Of a DNA stretch of 64,000 bases, positions 22,230 through 34,759 are shown piece after piece; within the stretch, counting starts at the first letter, position 1, and the number at the start of each line of letters is the position of its first letter. The notes beneath the pieces are model-generated. The model did no database searches and was not told the origin of the DNA. It saw only the letters and a program-made list of their open reading frames with translations. This stretch comes from Malacoraja senta (Eukaryota). The DNA lies in assembly GCA_038087875.1 (NCBI GenBank), contig JAXLNO010000113.1, positions 62,001 through 126,000 on the forward strand. The letters are read 5' to 3'. Made by a program: the position numbers and the translations under genes.

Positions 22230-25200
22230 TCAGGTGGCATTCGCTCCTCCCCATGGACCTTCTCTCCTGATCCAGAGCCATCTCGAGGCCTTCTCCGCTG
22301 CCTCTGTGGTGTTCATGATGGCCCTTCTCCAGTGCACTCAAGGCTTTGTAGAGCGATTGCCCTGCAAAACCTCTGCAGCCCACTTCGATGGGCACACACC
22401 TTGCCTTCCAGCCCTGCTTGCGGCAGTCTATGACCAGCTCTTCATACTTGGCCATCTTCCTCTCGTGGGCCTCCTCCAGACGGTCCTCCCACGGCACTAT
22501 CAGTTCCAACAAGACAATGTTTTTGGTCGCCTCTGAGACCAGAAGGATATCTGCCCTCAGGGTGGTCGTGGCAATGTGCTGTGGGAACTTCAGCTGTTTC
22601 ACCAGGTCTACGGAAACCTACCAGTCCTGCGCAGTCGCCAGGATTCCTGACGGATTCCTGGCTGCTGTGGTTCTTGGCAGCTGCACTCCAGCCTTCACGA
22701 AGGTGATCATCTGGGTGGTGGGCCGTGCTCGTCTGCAGCTGCTGATTCCCATGCTGATGGCTTCTGCAATGGATTTAAGGACCTGGTCATGACGCCAGGT
22801 GTACCGGCCCTGCCCAAGAGCCTTTGGACAGCAGCTCAGGATGTGTTCCAACATCCCCTTGCCTGAGCATTGCGGGCAATCTGGAGATTCCACTTTGCCC
22901 CAGATGAAGAAGTTCGATGGGCTGGGCAGGACATCATACACTGCCTGGACCAGGAACTTGATGCGCTGTGGTTCAGCCTGCCAGAGCTCAGTCCATGTGA
23001 CTTTTCGGTCCATGGCCTGCTCCCACCTTGTCCAGGCCCCCTGCTGCTTCAATCCAACTGCTCTGGTACGCCTCTCCTCCTCCACCGCTGCCCTCACTTC
23101 CTCCTGGACCAGCCTGCGCCTCTCCTTCCCCTTGGCCTTGTCAAACTGGGGAGATGGGAAGATTCCCAGGCTAGCTCTTCCCCGAGTCACTGCTCCCACC
23201 AGGACTCTGTGGCGTATCCGAGACTCCGCTTGTAGCACGGCTTCGCCGGCTCTCCACTTCCTCCCAGTTTTCACCTCCACCCCTGCCTGAGCCACCTTGG
23301 GGTCGCTGGAGTCCCTGTACAGCATCAACTCTCTGGCCCGAGTCACCTTAAACTCCTCCTCGAGGGACTTCAGGGGCAGCTGGAGCTTCGTGTTACTTCC
23401 GTATAGGGCGATGCTGCTAAGGCTTCTGGGCAGTCCCAGCCACCTCCTGAGAAAGCTGCTGACTTTCCGCTCCAATCTCTCTACAATGGATATTGGGACT
23501 TTGTAGACAAGCAGTGGCCAGAGTATCCTTGGCAGGATACCATGCTGGTAGATCCATGCCTTGAACTTGCCGGGAAGCCCCGACCGGTCCACTGCTCTCA
23601 ACCAACTCTCCAGCTCCTGACCGGTTGCCTGGACAGATGCTGTATCCTTCAGGCTGCTGTTAAACACCTTGCCAAGACTCTTCACTGGCCTTTCGGAGAC
23701 AGTTGGGATTGGTGTCTCTTCGATGCTGAAGCGGAACCTGTCCATGACTTTGCCCTTCTTCAGCACCGGTGACCTTGATTTTCCTGGCTTAAACCTCATC
23801 CTTGCCCATCCAATCAGTTTCTCCAACCCCTGCAAGATCCACCTGCCTCCTGGCACTGACTCAGTGGTGACTGTCAGGTCGTCCATGAAGGCTCTGATTG
23901 GTGGTTGGCGCACTCCTGACTTGGTCCGAGGGCCCCGGCACTCTGGCTCAGCAGACTTGACGATCATGTTCATCGCCAAGGCAAAGAGGATCACAGAGAT
24001 GGTACAACCTGTGATGATCCCAACCTCCAGTCTGTGCCACTCTGATGTTACTGACCCTGATGAGACTCTCATGCTGAACTGGTTGTAATAGTCCAGGATG
24101 AGATCTGCCACTTGGCCCGGCACATGATGCTTGGCCATGACTGTCTGGATCAGCTTGTGAGGGATGGAGCCTTAGGCGTTGGCCAGGTCAAGCCAGAGCA
24201 CTGTCAGGTTTCCCTTGTTCTCCCTGGCTTCTCTGATGAGCTGGGTCACCACTCCCGTGTGCTCTAGAAACCCCGGCACTCCAGACAAGTCTCCCTTTTG
24301 CACTGAGCTGTCGATGTAGCCATTGCTGGAGGGGAAGTTGGTCAGTCTCCTCGCCACTATGCTGAAGAAAATCTTGCCTTCAACGCTTAGCAAGGAGATG
24401 ATCCTGAACTGATCGATCTTCTTGGAATCTTCTTCCTTTGGGATCCAGACTCCTTCAGCGAATCGCCACTGCTGCGCCACTTTCCCTCTCCTCCAGATGA
24501 CTTTCAGGATCTTCCACAACCGGTTCAGTAACAAGGGGCAGTTCTTGTAGACCCTGTAGGGGACTCTGCTCGGGCCAGGGGCTGCGCCAGATCTTGTTCT
24601 CTTCACAACATCCTGGACCTCTTTCAGGAGTGGCTCTCTACTATCAAACTCCTTGATGGGTGGTGGTGGTTTAATCAGGATGTTGCACTGGCCCAGCTCC
24701 TGCTGCCTGACGGGGTCGCGGTAGGTCATCTGGATGTGCCGGTCGATCTCCTCCTTAGAACAAGCCAAACTCCCACTGCGCTTCTGCCCTAGTAGTTTGG
24801 TGAAGCCGAAGAGGTTGGCTATGAAGGATGCTCGCTTCCTGGATCTTTCCTTCCGGCGTCTTCGGTGCCACTCAGCTCTACGAAGGGTCATCAGCTTCTT
24901 CCTCAGGATGGTTCGCAGCTCAGCCAAGGGGGGACGTTGCTCTTCGCTGGCCTCTTTATACTGCTTCTTGAGGGACTTCAGCTCCTGCCGGATCTTGTGG
25001 ATCTTTGTTGCTCGTTGGTTCATGGTGAAAGGTGTTCTGGCCGGCTTCTTCTCCACTGCTCCAAACCTTTCCACAGCTAGGCTGATGATGATTGTCGTCA
25101 TCGTCCACAGCCTTCAGTCCACGTCTCCCTTCGCAGTTGCTTCTAGCACTTTGTCGACGTCCTCGTCGAACTGATGCCAGACTGCCGTCTTGCAGGCCTG

Positions 25201-25959
25201 AGGCCATTTGACTCGAACCTTCTCCGGAGAACTATTCCGATGGACTAGTTGCGCCACTTGGAGGCTTCGGGCTCTATGGGGTGATTCCGGGCCCGGCTCC
25301 TCCTGCGTCTCACCAGGTAAAATACCTGTGCGATGTGACACTCCCTGTTCCTCCAAACACTTCATCCGGCTCTGGTGAATCTTCAGGCGTCGGCTGTTCT
25401 TGCAAACCTTTCCACATCTGCATTTGATACTCGTAGTCGGTTGTCCATTGCCATTAGAAACATAGAAACATAGAAAATAGGTGCAGGAGTAGGCCATTCG
25501 GCCCTTCGAGTCTGCACCGCCATTCAATATGATCATGGCTGATCATCCAACTCAGTATCCTGTACCTGCTTTCTCTCCATACCCCCTGATCCCTTTAGCC
25601 ACAAGGGCCACATCTAACTCCCTCTTAAATATAGCCAATGAACTGGCCTCAACTACCTTCTGTGGCAGAGAATTCCAGAGATTCACCACTCTCTGTGAGA
25701 AAAATGTTTTCCTCATCTCCATCCTAAAAGATTTCCCCCTTATCCTTAAACTGTAACCCCTTGTTCTGGACTTCCCCAACATCGGGAACAATCTTCCTGC
25801 ATCTAGCCTGTCCAACCCCTTAAGAATTTTGTACGTTTCTATAAGATCCCCCCTCAATCTTCTAAATTCTAGCGAGTAATTAGTCGTTAACCTTTGATCC
25901 GTCAAATTGAGGTGCTCATCCTCCCCCCCTCTCGGGCACCCCTGGGGGTATTTTTCCAT
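22230..25959 (-). pseudogene. RT-RLE polyprotein of the HERO-like element
   Basis: ORF pieces 25114-25452, 24172-25101, 22618-24138 and 22602 onward share one frame and are separated by three single stop codons. There is a CR1 insertion near the N-terminus and a frameshift near 22330. Confidence 0.85.
25458..25878 (-). mobile_element. CR1 LINE 3' fragment inserted in the HERO-like ORF
   Basis: YSLEFRRLRGDLIETYKIL...FFSQRVVNLWNSLP and a (TTTCTATG)n tail. ATTAG occurs at both junctions (25453-25457, 25879-25883). Removing the insert restores ...RLTTN-GNGQPTT. Confidence 0.9.
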
Positions 25960-26966
25960 GTGATTTTCTGTAGCGTGATTTGGGTCTCCTCCTCTCAGAG
26001 GATGCGGTTTGGGCTGCCAACCCGCCCGCCCCGGTTGCCGTCTTTCCGAGCTGTCCACTGTCTCTCCAGTCGTCACCACCCTATTCTTGGTTGTCAACCA
26101 GTCTATTCCTGGTCACCACTGGTTTCACCAGCACATTGATTGATACAAATACATCTATAGATGCTCCTGAACACATCATCAGTGATGTAACCTGGGGTCA
26201 TTGGATTTTTTCGATAAATCCTTTACAATTGCCTCAATAAAATTGCTTCAGATACCCAGCCAAAATACTAATCATGATTATTTATTTATTTTTGGGGGAC
26301 GCACAGCATTTATTACTCAACCCAATCTGCTATTGCGATGGTGGTGGTGGTAAGCTTCCTTCTTGAGCTACTGCACTCGTTCTCCCTTGAGGGAGTCTTG
26401 GATGTACACTCAGTGTACATAACTCCTGGCGTGAAATAGAGGGCACCTTGCAGGCAGTGGAAATATTCCCCAATACCATCCTGATGATGGATTTGCAGGT
26501 TTGGAAGGTGCTGTTGGAGTAGTCATGATGAAGAATAACTGCATTGCATTTTGTAAACAATGCACTGGAATGTCTGAATGTTGTAGATGGGGTGCAGACT
26601 TTGATCTGCTTTTGGAGTGGCACTGCCGCTCTAAACTTGGCTGGTCCAGTTTGAGCAACTCGTCAATGGTAACTCCCAGGAAGTTGATGGGAGGAATAAT
26701 GACAAAGCTATTTTTATTGAAATGTTAAGGGAGACGATTTGGATGCTCTCTTGTTGGGGATTAATGCTGCCTTGCAATTTGGTGCTGCAAATGACACTTC
26801 CCCATATCTAAATGTAGTCTACGATACGATAAACTTTATTCATCCCCAGAGGGAAATTGGTCTTGGTCATGTTTCACACTGGCATAGACAGATTTATTTG
26901 TCAAGATGTTGTAAATGGAACAGAATATTTTGAAATCACTGAACAATCCTGATCTAATGATGGATG

Positions 26967-29493
26967 GCAGTTCGAGATGGGCAACACCACTCCAGGTCTG
27001 CCGACTATCGACAATACCGTCAGCGGGCTGGCTATCGAAGCTGAAGGGATGAATGTGCACACATTCTCGTTGTCCGAGCACGATGTGAGGAGGGCTCTGA
27101 CACGGGTGAACACGAGGAAAGCTGCAGGCCCCGATGGCATCTCGGAGCGAGTACTTAAGTCCTGTACTACGCAGCTAGCTCTGGTGTTCACTACAATATT
27201 CAACCTCCGGTGTTCACTACAATATTCAACCTCTCCCTGGACAAGCCCGTGGTCCCTGCCTGCTTCAAAAAATTCATCATTGTACCGGTACCTAATGAAA
27301 TGCTTTGAGAGGCTGATGAAGAAACACATCTGCGCCTTCCTCCCTCGCAAAATGGACCAGTTACAATTCGCATACCGTCCGAACAGGCCCACGGACGATG
27401 CGGTCTCCCAGGTTTTGCACACCGCTCTCTCTCACCTTGACAGCCAGAAGGGGGGCTACGTGAGGATGCTGTTCATAGACTTCAGTTCAGCCTTCAACAC
27501 GATAGTCCCCACCAGACTGGCCGAGATGCTACTGGAATTAGGGCTCAACCCCCCCTGTGTGCCTGGACCCTGGACTTTCTCACCGCCAGGCCCCAGGTAG
27601 TCAAGATGGGAGGGAATACATCGAAGTCCCTCACCCTGAGCACAGGACCCCCCCAGGGTTGTGTCCTCAGCCCCCTACTGTACTCCCTGTACACACATGA
27701 CTGTGTGGCCAGGTTCAGCTCCAACTCGATCATCAAGTTTGCTGATCAAATCAAATCAAATTCAATTTTATTGTCATTGCACTTTTGAGTGCAACAAAAT
27801 GGTTTAGCCTGCAGTCGTAACATAGAATAAATAACAAAACACACACTCAGCACAGTTTAACATCCACCACAGTGAGTCCACCAGGCACCTCCTCACTGTG
27901 ATGGAAGGCAAAAAGTCCCAAAGTCCTTGTCTCTTCCCTCCTTGCTCTCCCTCTGGGCTGAGGTGATCCAGGCCTCCGATGTTGTGACCCCGCCGGGTGA
28001 TGGTAAGCAAGTCCCGCGGCTGAATCCGAGCTCCGCGAACGGGCCGGTTCAAATTCCGCGGCCCGGGGCGGTCGAAGCTGCCGAAGCTGCCGCCCTCCAG
28101 TCCAGCGGACAAAGCTGTTGTTGCGGGAGCTCCAGAAAAACAGGTCACCAACCTGTGACCTGCGAGCTCCCGATGATGTCGTCCACTGGCCCGTGGCCGA
28201 GCCTCCGAGGCTCCGAAGTCGCGTCGGAAGTCGGGTCGCAACACCACCACAGCCCCGAAGTCGGCCAGCCTCGCGTTGGTAAGTCCTGGCTCTGCCTCCG
28301 GAGCCCCGAGATCGGTCCCAGTTGGAGGCCGCCAGCTCCGCGATAGGCCTCAGCGCAGACGGAGACGGGGGATATGGCAAGAAAGGTCGCATCCCCTCGA
28401 AGAGTCAAAAAACATGTTTCTCCCCCCCCCCCACAAATACACAACTAAAATAAACCGAAATAAACTGTAACAACGGGACAAAAGAAAACAAAAAAAAGAA
28501 AAGACAAACGGACTGCAGGCGAGCCGCAGCTGCAAGGCAGTGCCGCCACTTCCGGAATGACACTGTGGTGGTGGGCCTGATCTCAGACAACGATGAGAAG
28601 GCCTACCGGGAGGAGGTGGCTGATCTGGCACTCTGGTGTCAGGACAACAGCCTCCTCTTGAACATCAAAAAAACGAAGGAGCTGATCGTGGACTTTAGGA
28701 GGGCACATCATCCGAGGACGTACACACCATTGAGGATAAATGGGGATACTGTGGATAGGGTGAGCTGTTTTAAATACCTGGGAGTCCACATCTCTGAGGA
28801 TATGACATGGACATCACACGCTGCAGCACTCGCGAGTAAGGCAAGGCAGCGCCTTTACCACCTCAGGCAATTGAGGAAATTCAGAGTGTCTCGGAAGATC
28901 CTCCAGTGCTTTTACTCAGCGGCTGTGGAAAGCATCTTGTCTGGAAATATTACAATCTGGTTTGGGAATTGCTCTGCCCAGGACAAGAAGGCTCTGCAGA
29001 GAGTAGTGCGTTCTGCCGAACGCACACTGGAAACTGCACTCGCCCCCCTGCAGGAACTATACATCAGGAGGTGCAACTCCAGAGCCAATAAGATCATGGG
29101 AGACCCCTTCCACCCCTGCAACGGACTGTTCCAGCTGCTACGGTCAGGCAAACGCCTCCGTTACCATGCTGTGAGAACAGAGAGGTTGAGAAGGAGTTTC
29201 TTCCCAGAGACCATTAGGACTGTAAACTCCTATCTCACCAGGGACTAACTTTACTGTACCACTCTACTGTTTTTAAAAAATTGCTGTTTTTTGTTTTTCC
29301 CCTGTTTTTTTCCCCTTTTTCCTTCCGCCCACAATATTTAATATGTAAAAGAATATGTGATTCTATTCTTCCATTCTGTTGTAGTTTGTTTTTGTTGTTT
29401 GTTTTTTTTGCACAAAGTCCGTGAGCATTGCCACTTTTCATTTCACTGCACATCTCGTATGTGCATGTGACAAATAAACTTGACTTGACTTGA
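26967..29493 (+). mobile_element. 5'-truncated Rex1/Babar-type LINE, RT pseudogene
   Basis: [68 protein letters not shown] and RTERLRRSFFP. The 3' end has a hairpin, AATAAA and a (CTTGA)n tail. Confidence 0.9.
27747..28556 (-). mobile_element. 810-bp non-coding, CpG-rich, non-autonomous retro-element
   Basis: Interrupts the Rex1 codons GAT|GAC with an AT duplication. The minus strand ends in TTGCAC-TCAAAA-GTGCAA, TGACAATAAA and (ATTTG)n. No credible protein is encoded. Confidence 0.75.
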
Positions 29494-30269
29494 TGATGCT
29501 GAAAAGTCTAATGCTGGCCACCATCTTGCTGATATTTCAGTTTGAATGCAAACCACAAACTTAACCGCCAAAAAATTTAAATCAATTCAATGCAAATAAT
29601 ACAAACCTATTCAACATGTTATTTAATCTTAAAGCAAAATACTCGGAATTTAAAATTAACCAAAATACTGGAAATAACACTAGAAATACTTTTGTAAATC
29701 AGCATCTGCAGTTCCTTATTTCCACTGCCGGAAATAACTATCAGGACAAGTTGTATCCAATGAGGGGTTAATATTTCAAGGCAATGATCTTGATGAAGTG
29801 ACCCAAAATGTTAACTGTTTCTCTTTCTTCTGGTTCTGGACTGAAAATTTCTAGCATTTTCCATTTTCAGATAGGTTTTCAGCATCTACAATCATTTGCT
29901 TTTATAATACTCACATCGCGTTTGCTGTTCAATTAATAATTCAACTGCAATATATTAAATATTTGCAGGCAAAAGAGACACGCAATGGTGATCAGTTAGA
30001 AATATCCTTCCTATCACTTCTACTGTTAAATTATCTCCTAAACGATTTATATTTGCAATTCACAATTTTATTCATGAACAAATTGAAAGCAAATTTCATT
30101 TAAGTTTAAGTAACATCTAAAAACAATGCACTACTTATAACTTCTACATCCCATTTCACAAACTGGTGATGTTACGCTTATTAAAGCCTACATTAAATGA
30201 GGTAGAGAAATAGTGTTCCTTGCATTTTTTATTTGGGATCTTAAAATCCTTCAGCAATTTATGGTGGTA

Positions 30270-30788
30270 TAAATTTGAGGAAGGACGTTCTTGCTATTGA
30301 GGGAGTGCTGCTTAGGTTTACCTGGTTAATTCCCGGGATGGCGGGACTGACATATGAGGAATGAATGGGTTGACTGGGCTTGTATTCACTGAAATTTAGA
30401 AGGATAAGAGGGGTTCTTATAGAAACATATAACATTCTTAAGGGATTGGACGGGCTGTTGTTCCCCATGCTGGGGGAGTCCAGAACCAGGGGTCACAGTT
30501 TAAGAATAATGGGTAGGCCATTTAGGATTGAGATGACGAAAAACTTTTTTCACCCAGAGTTGTGAATCTGTGGAATTCTCTACCACAAAAGGCTGTGGCG
30601 GCCAAGTCACTTTCATGCTTTCAAGAGAGAGTTAGATTTAGCTCTTAGGGCTAACGGATTAAAGGGATATGGGGAAAAAGCAGGAACGGGGTACTGATTT
30701 TGGATGATCAGCCATGATCATATTGAATGGCAGTGCTGACTCAAAGGGCCGAACGGCCTACTCCTGCACCTATTTTCTATGTTTCTAT
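30270..30788 (+). mobile_element. CR1 LINE 3' fragment
   Basis: YSLKFRRIRGVLIETY...ESRTRGHSLRI and a 3' UTR like that at 4470-4615. Confidence 0.88.
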
Positions 30789-31021
30789 ACAAAATATTCA
30801 GCAGTCAAAAATATGATTAATTCCTCTTCAAACTTAAACATTTTAGAGTAATCAAAGTAGGAATTTTTGTTTTCCAATTATTACTCAGAATCATTTAAAG
30901 CAAGATCACTTCAAGATAAAACAAGGTAAGGATTTATAGTCCACTTCAGGTTAGTACATTCTCAGTTAGAGAGTACAGTGAAAATAGATATGCAAAAAAT
31001 GATGCTTACTGTATTATTTAC

Positions 31022-32236
31022 CTTCCCCTCTTCAGTGTTTTGTTGACAGGAGCTGTGTACTTCATCTTCTCTCACCAGTTTACTAGGCCAGGAAGGAAAT
31101 CCCTTTAATTGACTCCAGACCAAGTCACCAACATTAAACGTCCTTGGTCTGTAGTGTATTAATTCGTTAGAGGGTGAATCTGGAATCCTCAAATCATCAT
31201 CACTGCTTAAGCTTTTAGTGTCTGACGGACTTGGAGCACATCCATTAATGTTTTCTGAATGATAATCTCCATTGTAAATATATTCGTGTGCCAAGGAGCC
31301 TGGCATTCCCTCCAAACTAGCCGAGGAACTCGGAGATTGTTCCTCTATGGCAAGTTCCTGTTTGGGGGCTGTCAGCAACTCACCGAAGTTCCTGCTCTGT
31401 TGAGACCGGTTTCCGTTGATATGTGTGCATCTTTCCACAGTGTTCTCTAGCTTTTCTTTCATGTTAACAATGTGTCTTTTTTGACTATTGAACCTGAAGC
31501 TGTCTTCATGAAATCTTTTGTCCAACTGGCAGTTTTTCTGCTGTAATCCCGCATCAGTCTGATCTCCCTGAAAGGAAGGCATCCTTTCTGCTGAAGGACT
31601 GTGATTTACTTGGCCAGAGTGTTCTAGAAACTTCTCACATTTCCACAATGTTGCATCAATTGGCTGCTGTTCATTTTCCCATTGCTTTTTCGGAGTGTTG
31701 CGACCTGGCGATTTAAAGTATTCAAATCCCTCCCCCTCAGCAGTGAATTTTGCTTGCCCAGAATTTTTGTGCAACCTCACTCCTCTGGCATGCCTATTTG
31801 CCAGGATAGTTTGATTGTTGAGTCGACTGTCGTTCTCCATGCTGGAAAGTCTTTTCCCATGAATCACCGCGTTGACTGCATTGGAAAGATTCACAGGGTT
31901 TGCAATGGAGGCAGTAAAGGCACTCATGGCACTCAGAGCTGGGATGGGGCTCATTTGTGAAGTACTACTCACTGCTGTAGTGATCACAACTTGCATCCCT
32001 TTGCTTGCAGCATCTACCACAGCTTTGTAAATAGCATCAACGGAAGGGTCATGAGGACCCACAGTCAGCACGTGTTCTCTGTCTTGCTTTGCTTGAATCT
32101 GTTCTATTCGATGGTGGTCACCCGCCAGCTCATGAAAATTGGGAGGTACAGTATGGGAGACTTCAGAGAGTAATATTGTTCCTGGTTCAGAGTTTGCAGG
32201 TGCATTTGAAAGTGAGACATCATGTGCTGGGCTCAC
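31022..32236 (-). CDS. MBD5: MBD5 coding exon containing the N-terminal half of the PWWP domain
   Basis: Encodes SVDAIYKAVVDAASKGMQVVITTAV and RPRTFNVGDLVWSQLKGFPSWPSKLVREDEVHSSCQQNTEEGK. Acceptor ctccag|G and donor AAG|gtaaat; 1215 bp, phase 0 to phase 0. Confidence 0.93.
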
Positions 32237-32569
32237 CTGGAGTAAATAAACTGCAGTTTTACATTTTTCTTTTGTGTAATTTGTTTGTACATGCATGAAG
32301 TATATTTATTTTTTAACATGCACCAGATAAAACTAAACTTTAACCAGACCATAAAAACTATTCTGAATAATTATTTCAATGTAGTTACAATGTGTATTTG
32401 GATCAGGTATTTATTAATAACAATTAGTTTTTCCTCAGCCCCTCCTGCTGATCACATGAAATTATAATTGGTTTCATTTTATTTATTTATTATCAGAAAG
32501 ATGGCAACTGAAGTTGCTACTCTACTATAGAATCAAACCTCATCTTTATGAGTACTTAAGAAAAATAAA

Positions 32570-33095
32570 CTACTTGAAGAATCCAGTGGGTCAGACAGCA
32601 TCTGTGGAGGTGAAGGAATGGTTGACTCTTTGGGTCAAGACCCTTCATCAGGCCCGAGAATGTGGAGGGAAAATGGCCAATATATAGGAGTGAGTGGGAG
32701 GGGTGAGAGGGAGGGATAAAACAGAGGCTGGAAGCAGGTGAGTGGGAGGGAGTGGAGAGAATATGGGCAGATGAAGGAGGGAAAAGGAATGTTGAGACAG
32801 AGGCTGGTGTTGGTGGAAATACAAGAAAATATTTTGTGCAGATGGAGCCAGAGGGGGAAAGGTAGACACAGAGGCTGGAACAAGATAATGGAATGATGGT
32901 GGGCAAACAGAACCAGGTGAGGAAGAATGGTAGTGGCGAGTTTAAAGAACCCGGGGGGGGGGGGGGGGGGGGGTAAATGGAAAGGGTGAAAAAGGGAGAG
33001 AGGTCCTGGGTGGACTGGTAGGAGTGGGAAAACAACACAGAGAGTGGGGTTACTGGAAATTGGAAAATGCATGCTCATGCCATTGGGCAGCAGGA
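32570..33095 (-). mobile_element. Old Penelope-like pLTR remnant
   Basis: Degenerate hammerhead CTGATGAAGGGTCTTGACCC at about 32631-32651, a purine-rich body and a GIY-YIG C-terminal remnant. Confidence 0.55.
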
Positions 33096-33294
33096 TACAA
33101 AGTTCCTACCATTGAGTATTCATGTTCAGTTCTACCATTCCCACCAATGTCTCAAATGGCAATGGCTCGGCAAGTTATGACCAAGCCTGGGTACTTCAAA
33201 GTACTTGTTACAACATTCCTCAGGTTACATTTACTCATCCAATAAAGGGAGGAAAGGCAACATTTCAATTCAATGGGTGAAAAACGTAATCTAA

Positions 33295-33910
33295 TACAAA
33301 ATGTTTGGTACATTAAATCCACAACTCGCTGAAAATGGCGACACAGGTCGATCGACTGGTTAAGGCATATTGTATGCTTGCCTTCATAGGCAAGTCAGGA
33401 AATCATGGTACAGCTCTATAGGACTTTGGAAAAGCCGCATTTGGAGTATCATGTGCGGACTTGGGCGCCCCATTACAAGAAAGATATGGAGGCTTTGGAA
33501 AGTGCAGAAGAGGTTTACCAGAATGATGCCTGGATTAGAGGGTATTAATTGTAAGGATTGGTTGGACAGACTTGGATTGTTTTCTCTGGTATGCTGGAGA
33601 AGCATATAAAATTATGAAAGGCACAAATAGGGCAGACTGTCAGAACCTTTTACCCCAGGGTGGAAATATCAAAGACTAAAAAGGATAAACTCAGGTGAGA
33701 TGAGTGCCTGGAATGCGCTGCCAGGGGTTGTTGTGGAGGCAGATACAAAAGTGCCATTTAAGAGACTTTTGGATAGGCACATGGATATGCAGGGAATGGA
33801 GAGATATGGATCATATGCATGTAGATGAGATTAGTTTACCTTGGCATCATGTTCGGCACAAACATTGTGGGCTGAAAGGTTTGTTTCTGTGCTGTTCTAT
33901 ATTCTATTAA
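33295..33910 (+). mobile_element. Degenerate CR1 3' fragment
   Basis: VQKRFTRMMPGL...DRLGLFSL and an HE1-type 3' tail. Confidence 0.65.
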
Positions 33911-34544
33911 CCTTCCATAATCATGAGTTCAGAGCACATATGTGGCAAACATCTGTGCTGCAAATTCATGATTATGTTGGGTAAAATTGAAAATTAGATC
34001 AATTTAGTTTGCTAGCATTTATCCTAGTCTATAAAAAAAGCAAATTACGATTACTTAGGGATTAACTGAATATGATTCTGGAGGTAAAAGTGGCATTTTC
34101 AGAAAAGCTAAGCAAGGTGTTCATGCGTTAAATCTTTTCTTTAAGAATGATAATGCTCAAATCATTATAGAAGTAAGTAACTGAAGCACATCTTGAATGA
34201 AGCACCTCAAGGAACAGCATCTATACACATTGCAAACCATACAATGTCACTCAGACCGTACAACATTTGCAACACATTACACAATCAAAGGAGCTTAACT
34301 CTCTATTTAATGGCACTATTATTGCAACCTATTATAAACATCTCTTGGTGTTCCACCCTTTACCAACCTCCACCTTTTCACTACCTGGACCAAGTTGCTT
34401 TCTCTCTCCACAGTGCTGATGAAAGGGCTTCCATCTGAAACATTCTGTTTCTCTTTGCACAAATATTGGCTGAGTTCTGCCAGCATTTTCTGATTTATTT
34501 TTATCAATACAGTAATTGCAAGATGAGCTGAGTTAATTACTTAC

Positions 34545-34759
34545 CTGAAAGTTTTGAAAAAAACATGACATGGGGTTGAGAGGGTTGCTTGGGCCTGAAA
34601 GCAAAGTGTGATTCTGAAACTCCTGGAGACCCTGAGTCCCTTGCAGACTTTGTAGAAGTTGATGATGAGTCTGTGGAAGCATCTGATTACTGTTGAGCAA
34701 GGTCTGGAGATGGCTTAATTGTGGGTTGTTGATACTATTATTGAATAAAGGAACATCAC
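34545..34759 (-). CDS. MBD5: MBD5 coding exon
   Basis: Encodes GDVPLFNNSINNPQLSHLQTLLNSNQM...NPMSCFFQNFQ. Acceptor gtccag|G and donor CAG|gtaag; 215 bp, phase 1 to phase 0. Confidence 0.9.

Larger units (their letters stand above)
22087..26204 (-). mobile_element. HERO/NeSL-type non-LTR retrotransposon with restriction-like endonuclease, near full length
   Basis: Single ORF with an N-terminal zinc finger (CRCGKVCKNSRRLKIHQSRMKC), RT (QFRIISLL, WLDLANA, GIITGCTIS, FMDD), CCHC knuckle (CPQC..EHILSCC), RHD and an RLE motif (ADILL...LELIVPWE...K..KY). Confidence 0.88.

Noticed and set aside
22204..25174. Plus-strand ORFs over the HERO-like element, and similar antisense ORFs over MBD5 exons and CR1/Penelope copies
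   Set aside because: They are shadows of real coding sequence on the opposite strand.
27804..28631. Several 90-180 aa ORFs in the GC-rich insert
   Set aside because: They overlap on both strands, are low-complexity and have no domain motifs, as expected from GC content.
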